This document shows, in pieces, positions 10,315 through 20,563 of a DNA stretch of 64,000 nt. Under the pieces are notes generated by a model. It made no database searches, was not told where the DNA came from, and was given only the letters and a program-made list of their open reading frames with translations. The stretch spans positions 1 to 64,000 of the forward strand of contig CBDESZ010000018.1 of NCBI GenBank assembly GCA_965242725.1, given 5' to 3'. This DNA comes from Alkalispirochaeta sp. Lineage in GTDB: Bacteria > Spirochaetota > Spirochaetia > DSM-27196 > Alkalispirochaetaceae. The position numbers and the translations under genes were made by a program. Position 1 is the first letter of the stretch, and the number at the start of each line of letters is the position of its first letter.

Positions 10315-11059
10315 GGATGCCCTCCTCAAACAGATGCCGCATGACACCGAGGGCGTGAAGAAAATCTGCTTCTCCCCGGTGCCGATGATTGCGGCTGCCA
10401 TAGTCCATGCGCCACGGATTCTCTAGTATTGTGAGACCTTTCGCATGTTCTTTCAGAATTCCGATGCGGTGGGCGAGGAAAATGGCCTCCTCCAGGCTGT
10501 GGGTCACTACCAGCGTCGGGTGTCCTCCAGCCCGCTGGAGCTCCATAAATGCCTCCTGAAGCTCTTCACGTGTCACCGCGTCAAGCGCGGAAAAGGGCTC
10601 ATCAAGAAGAAGCAGGTCCGGACGGTACGCTCTCGTTCTGGCGAGGGCGACGCGCTGGCGTTCACCGCCGGAGAGCTCTCCTGGATAAGCATCTCTGCGG
10701 GACAGAAGATCGACTTCCGCGAGGGCCGCGGCGGTCTTCCTGTATCGCTCCTCCCGGGAAACCTTCCTGAGCTTCAGTCCCAGGGAGACGTTGTTCCAGA
10801 CCGTCAACCAGGGAAAAAGTCCGTAGTGCTGTTGGACCACGCCGACTCGAGGATCCCCCTTTTTTACGACACTCCCATCAAGTGTGACGGTGCCGGTCCA
10901 GGGAGAAAGCAATCCTGCGGCAAGGTGGAGGAGGGTCGTCTTGCCGACACCGGAGCGACCGACGACGGCGACGACCTCTCCCGGAGCGATTTCGAGGTCA
11001 ACGCCGGTGAAAAGGGGGACTCCCCCGTATCCGGCGGAACACAGCCTCATTGAGAACAT
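10307..11059 (-). CDS. ABC transporter ATP-binding protein, NitT/TauT family
   Basis: Walker A GRSGVGKT, LFPWLTV, LSGGERQR, LLLDEPFSALD, VTH. Confidence 0.92.
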   Translation of the reverse strand: MFSMRLCSAGYGGVPLFTGVDLEIAPGEVVAVVGRSGVGKTTLLHLAAGLLSPWTGTVTLDGSVVKKGDPRVGVVQQHYGLFPWLTVWNNVSLGLKLRKVSREERYRKTAAALAEVDLLSRRDAYPGELSGGERQRVALARTRAYRPDLLLLDEPFSALDAVTREELQEAFMELQRAGGHPTLVVTHSLEEAIFLAHRIGILKEHAKGLTILENPWRMDYGSRNHRHRGEADFLHALGVMRHLFEEGIRE

Positions 11060-11063
11060 CGGC

Positions 11064-12059
11064 TTATCGGGGTGCCCTCGAAATGAGGTCGGTATCGACA
11101 ACTTCGTTATACGGCGGGGTCGTTGCGACAAGACCCTTACCAACCATCCATTCCACAACGTCGCTTACCTCCTCCTGTGAGGGAGGCCGCGCGGGCTGGT
11201 AGGTCGGGATCACCATCGTCTTTTCCACCGTCGGCGGAAACTCCCCCAATGAGACAATCGCTGCCCGGAATGAATCCGGATTATCATTGATCGCCGCGAC
11301 GGCGCGATTGTATGCCCGGTACAGTGCCGCGATTTCACTCCCCTTTTGGGAGCGGGCACGTTCCGTGAAGAGGAGAACTCCCGGAGTCTGGGCCAACCCT
11401 GATGTGTCCACAAGCTCGCGGGCGCCCTGAGATAGGGCAATACGTGTCACCGGCTCCGGCAGCAGTGCCGCCTCGATACGTCCGGCAACGACCATTTCCA
11501 TGCGTGCCGGAACCTGAAGGGTCGTGACGAGATCTATACGCGCCGGTGAGGCCCCGGCGTTTTGGAGCATCCGTTCCGCGACGTAGTAAATGATACTGTT
11601 TTCCAGAAGCCCGGTAGAAACGGAGGACGCGGCGTTCCAGTCTTCCACGGTACGGATGGATGAGTTCGGAGCCACGACGAGAGAAAAGTGTCCGTCCGTT
11701 ATTGATCCGACTTTAATACCGCTGTTGCTGCGCCAGTTGTATACGGCGTTAATCAGGTCCGAGACACTGCCGTCCAGCGCATTGGTCTGTAGTGCCGTCT
11801 CCCGGTACAGCTGATTTCGGAATATTTCCAGCTCGACCGTTACTCCTTCATCGGAAAAAAAGCCCTGGTCTGCTGCCACGAGCAGGGGAATTGAGTCTAC
11901 TGACGGCATAAGTCCGATTCGTAAGTCCTGGGCGCCCGCCGGCAGCGTCAGTGTGAATGCCAGAACCACCAGGAAATGGCGAAGAAGGTGTACCCGCCGT
12001 GCCCCCGGGACGCGGCCGTGCCCGTTCCGAATCAATGAATCCTTGGGAAAACTGTACAT
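11064..12059 (-). CDS. ABC transporter substrate-binding protein, NMT1/TauA-like
   Basis: Signal peptide ending AGA-Q; IGLMPSVDSIPLLVA..QGFF; LPEP; first gene of the ABC operon. Confidence 0.85.
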   Translation of the reverse strand: MYSFPKDSLIRNGHGRVPGARRVHLLRHFLVVLAFTLTLPAGAQDLRIGLMPSVDSIPLLVAADQGFFSDEGVTVELEIFRNQLYRETALQTNALDGSVSDLINAVYNWRSNSGIKVGSITDGHFSLVVAPNSSIRTVEDWNAASSVSTGLLENSIIYYVAERMLQNAGASPARIDLVTTLQVPARMEMVVAGRIEAALLPEPVTRIALSQGARELVDTSGLAQTPGVLLFTERARSQKGSEIAALYRAYNRAVAAINDNPDSFRAAIVSLGEFPPTVEKTMVIPTYQPARPPSQEEVSDVVEWMVGKGLVATTPPYNEVVDTDLISRAPR

Positions 12060-12133
12060 GTGATAAATCCTTATTGCGTGATTGCGGGATTATACGGGAA
12101 ATATCTGAGACTGTCAGTTTTCTGCACCGATTC

Positions 12134-12967
12134 CTACCCTTTGATCGCACCTGCGGTAAGACCCGCAATAAACTGCTTTGCCATGAGAATATAAAGAAGG
12201 ACGATCGGTATGGTTGCGACTGTCAGTGTCGCGAGGATAAGGGTCCAGTCGGTCTGGTACTGGCCAAAGAGACGGGTGACCCCGAGCATCAGCGTACGTT
12301 GGGACTCACTTCTTATGAATATCAGTGGAAACCACAGATCATTCCACAGGACGACGAGGTTGAAAATAGCTACCGTTGCCATCGCCGGTCTCGTCAGCGG
12401 AAGGACGATCTGTCGGAAGATCCGGAAATTTCCGGCACCATCAATGTACGCCGCCTGGGTGAGCTCCGACGGTACCGTACGGATAAATTCGGTGAGAACA
12501 AAGACACCGATGGGCATCCCCATGGCGACGTAAATGGGAAGAAGACCGATAAGCTGGTCCAGCAGTCCGAGATCACGAATTATCATGAGCAGGTTGATAC
12601 TGCCGATACGAATGGGAATCATCATGCCCGCAAGGAAAAAGAGAAATACAACGGAAGAGAATCTGTTTTTCCATCGTACGATTGCATACGCCGCGAGAGA
12701 TGAAAGCAGGACGATTCCTGCAATCGATACGGTGGTTATGACGATACTGTTCAGAAAATAGCGGGGAAAGCTGGATCGCGAAAATACGGAGAGATATCCG
12801 TCAAAAGTCCATGTCTCCGGAAGCCCAAAGGGACTGCGATAAATGGAAAGCTTTGATTTAAACGAGTTGATTACCATGATCCACAACGGAACAAGTACCA
12901 GAATGGACCATATCGCGAGGACAATATGGGACCAGATACCCCGTCCTCTGACCGTTACCTGTGCCAT
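12134..12967 (-). CDS. Carbohydrate ABC transporter permease (MalG-like)
   Basis: EAA loop ELTQAAYIDGA, WNDLWFPL, C-terminal FIAGLTAGAIKG. Confidence 0.93.
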   Translation of the reverse strand: MAQVTVRGRGIWSHIVLAIWSILVLVPLWIMVINSFKSKLSIYRSPFGLPETWTFDGYLSVFSRSSFPRYFLNSIVITTVSIAGIVLLSSLAAYAIVRWKNRFSSVVFLFFLAGMMIPIRIGSINLLMIIRDLGLLDQLIGLLPIYVAMGMPIGVFVLTEFIRTVPSELTQAAYIDGAGNFRIFRQIVLPLTRPAMATVAIFNLVVLWNDLWFPLIFIRSESQRTLMLGVTRLFGQYQTDWTLILATLTVATIPIVLLYILMAKQFIAGLTAGAIKG

Positions 12968-12969
12968 CG

Positions 12970-13905
12970 TCAGTTCCTCTCGCCGGTGCCGTCGGAATGG
13001 AAGATAGTACGCATGAGCAGCACTCCCACAAAGAGAACGGCAAAAATGATTGAAGCCACCGCCGCACCGAGACCCATATCGGGAATACCCACGGGATGCT
13101 CACCAGCGATACCGACTCGATAAAAGTATGTTCCAAGAATATCCGTCGAGTAGCCGGGTGGGCCGTTTGCGCCTGCCATCGCAAAGACGACGTCAAAGGC
13201 GTTGAAGTTATTGGTAAAGGTAAGAATCGCAACGACGCCCATGACCGGCCAGATCAGGGGGAGTTTGATCCTCCAGAAGGTGCTCCACGTTCCCGATCCG
13301 TCAATATCGGCCGCTTCAAAGAGATCACGGGAAATACCCTGCAAGGCGCTTAAAAAGATCATCGTCGGAATACCGACCCATTGCCAGCTTGAAACGAGAG
13401 AGATTGCAATCAGCGATGTTCCTTCCAGACCGAGCCAGGGCCGGGCAAACTGGCCGAGTCCGACCGCTTCAAGGAATAGATTCACCGCACCCCATTGAGG
13501 ATTCAGGAGGAGTTTCCAGAGAAACCCGGTGACAACTATCGCAAGCGTCGCGGGAATGAAAATAACGGTCCGATAGAGGGACCTCCATTTGAGTGTTTCC
13601 GAACTCAACAGAAGTGCGAAAAGCAATCCAAGGGAGTTCTGTACGACCATGTGAATGAGAAAAAAGATCCAAGTGTTTCCGAAGGCACCCCAAAAACGGC
13701 GTGCCACATCACCTTCGGTGAGCAATTTTTGATAGTTGTCGAAACCGACAAAAGTTTCGATCTGAAATCCGCTCCCCGTGTAGAGGCTTAACTGAAGGGA
13801 CTTGAAAAGGGGTATGGCCATGAACAGGGTGTATACGGCAAGGCCGGGAAGCATATACCAAATCCATACCGGTACAAGTGCCGTTCTTTGTGGATGTCGC
13901 GCCAT
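12970..13905 (-). CDS. Carbohydrate ABC transporter permease (MalF-like)
   Basis: FVGFDNY, DLFEAADIDG, ITLP-like IKLPLI, FDVVFAM. Confidence 0.93.
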   Translation of the reverse strand: MARHPQRTALVPVWIWYMLPGLAVYTLFMAIPLFKSLQLSLYTGSGFQIETFVGFDNYQKLLTEGDVARRFWGAFGNTWIFFLIHMVVQNSLGLLFALLLSSETLKWRSLYRTVIFIPATLAIVVTGFLWKLLLNPQWGAVNLFLEAVGLGQFARPWLGLEGTSLIAISLVSSWQWVGIPTMIFLSALQGISRDLFEAADIDGSGTWSTFWRIKLPLIWPVMGVVAILTFTNNFNAFDVVFAMAGANGPPGYSTDILGTYFYRVGIAGEHPVGIPDMGLGAAVASIIFAVLFVGVLLMRTIFHSDGTGERN

Positions 13906-13929
13906 GTATCTTCCTCTTCCGTCAACTCG

Positions 13930-13956
13930 ACGGGAGAGGGTATATCCCCCTCCCGT
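13930..13956. promoter_or_regulatory. Stem-loop between the sugar-binding protein and permease genes (probable mRNA-stabilising hairpin)
   Basis: ACGGGAG...CTCCCGT inverted repeat just downstream of the SBP stop, with no U-tract. Confidence 0.55.
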
Positions 13957-13963
13957 ATCGAAA

Positions 13964-15244
13964 CTACATTGCCGGCTTATACCACTGGGAAATCCCGCGC
14001 TCCATACGGTTTGCAGCTTCCCGGGGCGTGATCTCTCCGGTGATTACCTGAATCGAGCCCTGCTGGATAAGATTGTATCCGCTGGGATCGCCGTTCATCA
14101 GCTTCGGCCAGGGAAAGCGAACGTCCAGTTCCCGTCCCTGATTGAGTGCGAGGAACTCGTTTGCGTGCTCGTTAGTAAGGGACGGAGCGTCGGCCACCAT
14201 CGGAAAGAAACCGGCCAGTTCGTTTCCCAATACCTGCGAGGCGGTGGGGCTTGAAAGCCACTCCACGAAAACCATCGCCTCATCGATGTGATCGCTCGCC
14301 GGGTTGATGGCGACTCCCGCATCGGGGTGAAAGGTTATTCGCTGCTCCGCCGCCGACGGCGCGGGAGGTGCAAATACGGACCAGTTAAACTCCGGCTCGG
14401 ACGCCTCAAATTCACTAATCGTCCAGGAGCCGTCAAACCACATCGCCGCCTCACCAAGGAGAAAGAGGGCTTTACTGTCATTGTAGCTTATCGCCTGATA
14501 CCCCTCGGGAAGATACGGCTCGAGGGCGGCCATAGCCTCAAATACTCTCACCATCGCATCGTCGTTGAAGGGGCGGTCTCCTGCCTCGTACTCCAGACGG
14601 CCTTCCCGACCTCCGATGAAACCGGGCGCGATGTTCATCCAGACCACTTCAGCAATGTCCCATTCGTCGGCGAGTCCGTTGGCGACGGGAATATATCCGG
14701 CTTCCTTGATCGACTCAGCGACAGCGAGAAATTCCTCGGTGGTCACCGGTATTTCGAGTCCAAGCTCGTCAAAAAGGTCCTGATTGTAATAGACACCGTG
14801 GCTTACCGCTACAAGGGGCATCGCGAACTGACGTCCATCATCCATCTGCCACGGCGCACGGGCGCCCTCGTCGTACCGCTGGGCGATAAAATCGGCGTCA
14901 CTGAGATCGACCATATATCCTTCCGAAAAGAGTTCCTGACCGGTGGCGTAACTTCTGGCATAGAATACATCCGGAGCTGTTCCCGATTCCAGTTGAAGCC
15001 GCAACGTTGCATTGTAATCCGGCGGGGTCGTGGGATCGAACGCAACGGCAATTTCAGGATGATCCTCGTTAAAAGCTGCAATGAGTCGGCCCATCTGTTC
15101 GACGTCGTCCACGCGCCACGAGCCGAGCGTGATTTCTACCGCGTCTTCCGCAGGGCCGGCGCTTTCGCGCTGTCCTCCCGCCGCAACCGGAAGAATCATA
15201 CCGACAAGAATCATGATTACGAGTACATATCGTACTGTTTTCAT
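13964..15244 (-). CDS. Sugar ABC transporter substrate-binding protein
   Basis: Spirochaete-like signal peptide (..VAAGGQRE); PDVF, YYNQDLF and AAMWFDGSW motifs; SD AAGGAGAGG. Confidence 0.92.
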   Translation of the reverse strand: MKTVRYVLVIMILVGMILPVAAGGQRESAGPAEDAVEITLGSWRVDDVEQMGRLIAAFNEDHPEIAVAFDPTTPPDYNATLRLQLESGTAPDVFYARSYATGQELFSEGYMVDLSDADFIAQRYDEGARAPWQMDDGRQFAMPLVAVSHGVYYNQDLFDELGLEIPVTTEEFLAVAESIKEAGYIPVANGLADEWDIAEVVWMNIAPGFIGGREGRLEYEAGDRPFNDDAMVRVFEAMAALEPYLPEGYQAISYNDSKALFLLGEAAMWFDGSWTISEFEASEPEFNWSVFAPPAPSAAEQRITFHPDAGVAINPASDHIDEAMVFVEWLSSPTASQVLGNELAGFFPMVADAPSLTNEHANEFLALNQGRELDVRFPWPKLMNGDPSGYNLIQQGSIQVITGEITPREAANRMERGISQWYKPAM

Positions 15245-15305
15245 TTGCACCTCTCCTTATTGATTAGTCTTCCGCCAGCATGCGGCGAGTACTCTCTAAT
15301 GACAA

Positions 15306-15343
15306 CGGTACGAGTGTACCGATGGTGTACTCAATTTGTACCG
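15306..15343. promoter_or_regulatory. Putative response-regulator operator (TGTAC x3, 11-bp period)
   Basis: TGTAC at 15315, 15326 and 15337, plus the CGGTAC-N4-GTACCG palindrome at 15306-15321, upstream of the sugar operon. Confidence 0.55.
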
Positions 15344-15348
15344 TTCCC

Positions 15349-16005
15349 TTAACAGGGGAAATAGCCTGACTCCCGGGCGATACGAATTGCGGTAACCCGG
15401 TCGGATACGCCGATCTTGTCATAAATCTGACTGATGTAGTTCCGGACGGTCTGGTCGGCAACGTGTACCTGTCCGGCGATTTCCCGATTGTGATATCCTT
15501 CTATCATAAGAGAGAGGATGCGCCGTTCCTTTCTTGTCAATCGGTCAAGCCACTCCGGCGGTTGACGAGATTCGTATGGTGTATCCTGTCGGTCCTGTTC
15601 TCCCATAAGTTGCAGGACGACGTGGGGATCAATGGTGACGACACCGGCCTGAACAGCCCGTATCGCCGTCAGAAGTTCTTCAGTTGAAATTGATTTCAGC
15701 AGATACCCCGACGCTCCATGACGCATCGCCGCATGAACATACTGGTCGTCCTCAAAGGTGGTAAGCATTACGATCTTGATCCTTGGAAACTGCGCCTTTA
15801 TCCGGCGCGTCGCCTCCACCCCGTCCAAGCGGGGCATACGGACATCCATGAGTATGAGGTCCGGCGCCGTTTGCGCCGCCATGGCGACTGCCTCGGTTCC
15901 GTCCTGCGCAATTCCGACGACATGCAGGTTTTCATCGACGTTTTCCAGAATAGCCCGAAGGCTTTCCAGGAAGAGACGCTGATCATCAACGAGGGCAATG
16001 TTCAT
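15349..16005 (-). CDS. NarL/LuxR-family response regulator
   Basis: LVDDQ, LMDVRMP, LTTF, GYLLK; LuxR HTH LTRKERRIL..NREIA..TVRNYIS. Confidence 0.93.
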   Translation of the reverse strand: MNIALVDDQRLFLESLRAILENVDENLHVVGIAQDGTEAVAMAAQTAPDLILMDVRMPRLDGVEATRRIKAQFPRIKIVMLTTFEDDQYVHAAMRHGASGYLLKSISTEELLTAIRAVQAGVVTIDPHVVLQLMGEQDRQDTPYESRQPPEWLDRLTRKERRILSLMIEGYHNREIAGQVHVADQTVRNYISQIYDKIGVSDRVTAIRIARESGYFPC

Positions 16006-17188
16006 GGGGGATCTCCACCTCCAGGACAAATCCGGGAGACAGCGTCCGGTAGTTGACGATTCCGTGAAACGGATCGAGACGCTCTCTCATTCCGGTGATA
16101 CCGATTCCTTCCTGAACCTCCTGGCTGCCCCTGCCGTCGTCGAGGACCCGGAGGTGAACCGCATCGTCTCTGCGGGCGAGGGTCACCGTTACATTTTTTG
16201 CCGCTCCGTGGCAAAACGCGTTGGTAATCCCCTCCTGTATGCAGCGAAATATCGCCTGGTCCAGTTCAGGAGAACCTGTCCCGGCGAGTCCCACTGCTTC
16301 ATAGCGCACCTCAACGCCGGAAACATCGGAAAACTGACGGGTTAAATGGTAAATGCGGGAATTAAGGGTCGGGGTGCTTCCTCCTACCTTTCGCAATGCC
16401 CGCAGTGCCGATCGTACGTGCTGATAACCTTCCGCCAGCGATTCCTGGGCGTGGACGATAAGCTCCTTGAGCCGCTTGTGATCGCGGTCAAAGAGCACGG
16501 TCGATGCCTGAAGCATCATCCGTTGGTTGGTGAAGGTGTATCCCACGGTATCGTGAATTTCCCTGCTGATACGTTCACGTTCTGACTGGACCGTGCTTTT
16601 TTCGACCTCCAGTGCGTAACGCTGATATTCCATGTTGGTATCTACGAGCCGTCGAATGACATTATTTTTCTCGGCACTGACGGTCCTGATGTCCGTTATG
16701 TGATCTAACAGCACGTGAATCGTCGTGGCTGCGGACAATGCGGTCATACTGACGATGATGTACCCGGCGAGGTCGCCGGAGGATACGGCGGGAAGGGCGA
16801 TTTCCCACGCATCTGTGGCGCCCTGCTGGGACGCCATAAACAAGACCGCCCCCAGCGTCGTCGGAATCGACACATAGGGGGCCGAAACAAGTGCAAACTG
16901 TATAATCACCGCCATGGACAGGACAAGTTCTAGGACAATCCAGTTTCCGAGGGGGAGTCCGACGACATAAATCAGTGCCCATTGAGCGATAAAGGCAATG
17001 ACGTAGATAGTCTGAGGCAGGGAGAAGAGAAAAACCCACGAAAGGAGCGCCGCGACGGTCACACTTGGCGGAGCGTATTCCAGCCACCGCTCCATGATAT
17101 GGGGAGCATGGACGGGGACGATCAGGAGCGGCGTGGCGATGATAATCAGAAAAACAGTGACGACGAGAATCAGGCGCCATGTGCGCAT
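15986..17188 (-). CDS. Membrane sensor histidine kinase (HisKA_3)
   Basis: N-terminal TMs; ERERISREIHDTVG, QEGITNA..HG, DDGRG, GITGMRER. Confidence 0.92.
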   Translation of the reverse strand: MRTWRLILVVTVFLIIIATPLLIVPVHAPHIMERWLEYAPPSVTVAALLSWVFLFSLPQTIYVIAFIAQWALIYVVGLPLGNWIVLELVLSMAVIIQFALVSAPYVSIPTTLGAVLFMASQQGATDAWEIALPAVSSGDLAGYIIVSMTALSAATTIHVLLDHITDIRTVSAEKNNVIRRLVDTNMEYQRYALEVEKSTVQSERERISREIHDTVGYTFTNQRMMLQASTVLFDRDHKRLKELIVHAQESLAEGYQHVRSALRALRKVGGSTPTLNSRIYHLTRQFSDVSGVEVRYEAVGLAGTGSPELDQAIFRCIQEGITNAFCHGAAKNVTVTLARRDDAVHLRVLDDGRGSQEVQEGIGITGMRERLDPFHGIVNYRTLSPGFVLEVEIPHEHCPR

Positions 17189-17284
17189 AGGCTACGGTAT
17201 GCATTGCCCCGGTTCTCGTCAACAGCCGTGTGCGCAGGAACGGGGAAGAGAGACGGGACGTCGCCGCCCCTCTTCCGGCGATCA

Positions 17285-19408
17285 TCAGAAATCTTCAAAA
17301 TCTCCGTCGTCGAGGCCGATTTCTTTTTGATCGGTATCGAGTGAAATCGCGGCACCTTCCCCAACGCGCGCCGGCTGTATTTTCGGCGTCGTATTTGTTG
17401 CCGTTTCCTGCGACTTCCGGAGGGTGGGGGAGCCAACGCTTTCCCGGTAGCGATATCCTTTGGACTGTGCTTCGTGAGATGATGCGTATCCGCCCGGTGC
17501 GGCGAGAAGACGCTGTTCCTGCTGGTGGTCCGAAGCGATGGTAAAGAATGCAACCGTGCGTTGCAGCTGTTCAGCCTGTCCGTTCAGCTCCTCCGACATA
17601 GCCGCCATTTCCTCCGCGGAAGATGCGTTCTGCTGAACAACCTTGTCCAGCTGGAGGAGAGCTTCGTTTATTTGATCGGCCCCGCTCGTCTGTTCCTTGC
17701 TGGCGGCGCTGATCTCCTGAACGAGTTCCGCCGTTTTACGGATGTCCGGTACGATGTCGGCGATCATTTCACCCGCTTTTTCAGCCACCTCCACGCTGCT
17801 GGTGGATACCTCCGCGATTTCCGCGGCTGCCTGCTGGCTCCGTTCAGCCAGTTTCCGGACCTCGCTTGCAACGACGGCAAAACCTTTTCCGTGATCACCT
17901 GCGCGCGCCGCTTCAATCGCCGCATTCAGTGCGAGGAGATTTGTATTGCGGGCGATCTCATCGATGATCGTTATTTTCTTTGAAATTTCCATCATCGCCG
18001 CTACCGTCTGCCGCACCGCCTTGCCCCCTTCTTCCGCGTTCCGGGCGGCTTTGAGGGAGATCTTCTCAGTCTGCATTGCGTTGTCGGTATTCTGACGGAT
18101 ATTTGCCGCCATTTGTTCCATCGAAGACGAAACCTCTTCCGCGGCGGCGGCCTGTTCCGACGCACCGGCGGAAAGCTGCTGTGAGGTGCTGCTCATCTCC
18201 TCGCTGCCGGAGGCGACATTGCCCGATGCCGTGGAGACGTCCCGTATTACCGAGGTCAGGCGGTCACGCATCTCCTTGAGGGATTCCGCAAGGTCGCCGA
18301 TTTCGTCATTTTGTCGAATATTCAATTTTGTCGTGAGGTTCCCCTTCCGCATTTCGCCGGCAAATACGACACCCCGGTGGAGGGCCGTCGTGATGGTACG
18401 GGTAATTGCAAAGGCGATGACAATAGCGACGATCAGGGCGACGAGAATTCCCGTAGCCACTGCGATGACAGATGCCCGCACTTTATCAACGACGGCAGTG
18501 GAAATTTCCCGTGTCTGTGTCATTCCCGCACTTGCCCATGTTTGGGCCGCCGCGAGTACGTCATCGGCAGCACTGTTCCGCGAGTCGTTTATGCGGTCAA
18601 GGAGGGTGTAGTTGTCGGCGATGGTGTTCACCGCGTCGGCGTACCGCTGGACACTCTCTTCAACCGCGTCGATTCTGTCTATGTCAATCTGGAGACGGGT
18701 GATCCTTCGCAACTCGGTGAGGATTTGCGGTATCGCTTCAAGTTCGGCGATTGCGCTGTTGAGGATACCCTGGTCGGTGAGGAGTTGACCCTGAAAGTTG
18801 TTGATACGTGCCGTGTTTGTGTGACGCATCAAATCGTTACCGAGATTGATCTTCTGAATCCGTTCAAGTAACTCCGCGTTCGTAACGCCCGCCTGAACTT
18901 CGCGGCGCAGCGTTTCCGTCTGGTCCGCGATAAATGCCTCAATCACGCGAACGGCATTTGTCGCAGCTTGGTCATTGATTTCGCGGTTGCGAAGAATACC
19001 ATTTATGATTTCACGGGACTGGGCTGCCAGGTCACTGTACTTCGCCGCCTCGGTTTCTGCCCGCTGGACGTTTTCTTTCAGTATTACCAGCTGCGGATAT
19101 TCCTCCGCCAGCGTCTCGGCGGTGCGTATAGATTCTTCAACTTTGGCCAGGTCGGTACTGCTCTGGGTCCAGAACTCCTCATCGAAGCTGTAGGTGTACC
19201 CGCGCATGGCAAACATCGTCTGAAGAGCGTTTCGCTCTATCTCGTTTGCGATTGCAACTTCCGCGATATGCTGATCCCGCAAACGGATCGACTCCGTCTC
19301 GATTTGCATGAGATTGAATACCGCTATCGCTCCGACGACGATCAACAGTACTACCAGCGTTCCGAAACCCAGCGTCATCTTGAACGCCATTTTCAGGTTT
19401 TTTAGCAT
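17285..19408 (-). CDS. Methyl-accepting chemotaxis protein (helical-bundle sensor, HAMP, MCP)
   Basis: Two TMs, [29 protein letters not shown]-terminal pentapeptide-like DFEDF. Confidence 0.95.
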   Translation of the reverse strand: MLKNLKMAFKMTLGFGTLVVLLIVVGAIAVFNLMQIETESIRLRDQHIAEVAIANEIERNALQTMFAMRGYTYSFDEEFWTQSSTDLAKVEESIRTAETLAEEYPQLVILKENVQRAETEAAKYSDLAAQSREIINGILRNREINDQAATNAVRVIEAFIADQTETLRREVQAGVTNAELLERIQKINLGNDLMRHTNTARINNFQGQLLTDQGILNSAIAELEAIPQILTELRRITRLQIDIDRIDAVEESVQRYADAVNTIADNYTLLDRINDSRNSAADDVLAAAQTWASAGMTQTREISTAVVDKVRASVIAVATGILVALIVAIVIAFAITRTITTALHRGVVFAGEMRKGNLTTKLNIRQNDEIGDLAESLKEMRDRLTSVIRDVSTASGNVASGSEEMSSTSQQLSAGASEQAAAAEEVSSSMEQMAANIRQNTDNAMQTEKISLKAARNAEEGGKAVRQTVAAMMEISKKITIIDEIARNTNLLALNAAIEAARAGDHGKGFAVVASEVRKLAERSQQAAAEIAEVSTSSVEVAEKAGEMIADIVPDIRKTAELVQEISAASKEQTSGADQINEALLQLDKVVQQNASSAEEMAAMSEELNGQAEQLQRTVAFFTIASDHQQEQRLLAAPGGYASSHEAQSKGYRYRESVGSPTLRKSQETATNTTPKIQPARVGEGAAISLDTDQKEIGLDDGDFEDF

Positions 19409-19652
19409 AAGACTCTCCCGAGAAAAATTTTTTTATCGTTTTTTAATGAGATAACGAAACAGGATTAGAAAACGTCGGTAGGGTTGCCACTGAAGGAGTA
19501 GGATTCAACGCCTGCTGTCATCGGAGCGTTTGTACTTCTTCGTCGTGAAAGTGTCAAGATAAATGTGGAAAAAATTAATATAATATATTAAAAAGAAAAC
19601 AAAATAATCGGGGTCTAGAATTTACGCGTCGAAATTATCTGGAATGAAATAG

Positions 19653-19685
19653 GCCCCGTCTGCAACCGTTGAGTGCAGACGGGGC
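19653..19685 (-). terminator. Probable terminator hairpin downstream of wrbA
   Basis: 12-bp perfect stem GCCCCGTCTGCA/TGCAGACGGGGC followed by a T-rich tail on the minus strand. Confidence 0.65.
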
Positions 19686-19702
19686 GGCGTCGGGAACGCA
19701 GT

Positions 19703-20329
19703 TTATGCCGCCGGAACCGCCTCCCGGGCGAGTTTTCCCGCTACTTCCGCGACGTGACGTCCCTGAAATCGCGCGCCTTCCAGTTCAGTCTCACTGGGCA
19801 TCCGACTTCCATCACCGCCGGTGATTGTCGAAGCGCCGTACGGAGAGGTTCCAATAACCTCATCGATTTTCGTCTGATCCTGAAACGAATAGGGCAGGCC
19901 GACGATCACCATGCCATGGTGGAGAAGAGTCACGTGTGTGGTGAGGATCGTCGACTCCTGACCGCCGTGCTGGGTCGCCGAGGATGAGATGACGCTGCCC
20001 ACCTTGCCAACCAGTGAACCCTTCGCCCATTGCGGCCCCGTCGAGTCAAAAAACATCCGCATCTGGCCTACCATGTTTCCGAATCGGGTCGGGATACCGA
20101 AAATGATGCCGTCCGCTTCCACGAGATCATCGGGGGTGGCCACCGGAACGTCCGCGAGTGCTTCCTGAGCTTCCGTCGCTCCCATGGCGTCAATAATTTC
20201 AGGTGACAAGAGTTCGGGAACCCGCTTGATCGTCACATCGGCACCCGCCGATTGTGCGCCCTCTGCAGCTGCCTTCGCCATTTCATACATATGTCCGTAG
20301 GTTGAATGAAAAACTACAAGTATTTTCAT
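19703..20329 (-). CDS. wrbA: NAD(P)H:quinone oxidoreductase WrbA
   Basis: [32 protein letters not shown] motifs; SD AAGGAG. Confidence 0.95.
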   Translation of the reverse strand: MKILVVFHSTYGHMYEMAKAAAEGAQSAGADVTIKRVPELLSPEIIDAMGATEAQEALADVPVATPDDLVEADGIIFGIPTRFGNMVGQMRMFFDSTGPQWAKGSLVGKVGSVISSSATQHGGQESTILTTHVTLLHHGMVIVGLPYSFQDQTKIDEVIGTSPYGASTITGGDGSRMPSETELEGARFQGRHVAEVAGKLAREAVPAA

Positions 20330-20371
20330 GCTGCATCTCCTTGTTGTAGATGTATTCGTATATTGTGTACA

Positions 20372-20457
20372 CCGGCCCAAAACGGACACGTATTCCGGTG
20401 GAAAGCGGACAGTGATTCCGGCGTAATCCGGACACCGATTCCGGCGGAAAACGGACA
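20372..20457 (+). repeat. IS21 left-end transposase-binding repeats (4 copies, 23-bp period)
   Basis: CCGG-N7-CGGACA at 20372, 20395, 20418 and 20441; similar units occur inverted at the right end. Confidence 0.85.
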
Positions 20458-20563
20458 GTTTTTCCGGAGCGCCGGAATCGATTCAGCCTGACAGAAGAGA
20501 TCCTCGATCAATACGGGCACTCCCGGCAAACTGGTGGGTAACATCATTGTGAGGGAGTACGGA

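Noticed and set aside
14288..15352. 354-aa plus-strand ORF (similarly 35751-36719 on the minus strand)
   Set aside because: Antisense to clear genes (sugar SBP and SSADH); no recognisable protein features
19440..19560. Possible c-di-GMP riboswitch or sigma-28 promoter upstream of the MCP gene
   Set aside because: Only fragments (GTGGCAACC, TCCGATGA) resemble the consensus; the required stems and -35 spacing could not be built. An Rfam scan would settle it
20372..20457. Regular 23-bp repeats resembling a mini-CRISPR
   Set aside because: No unique spacers of CRISPR length and no cas genes; they are IS21 subterminal repeats mirrored at the right end
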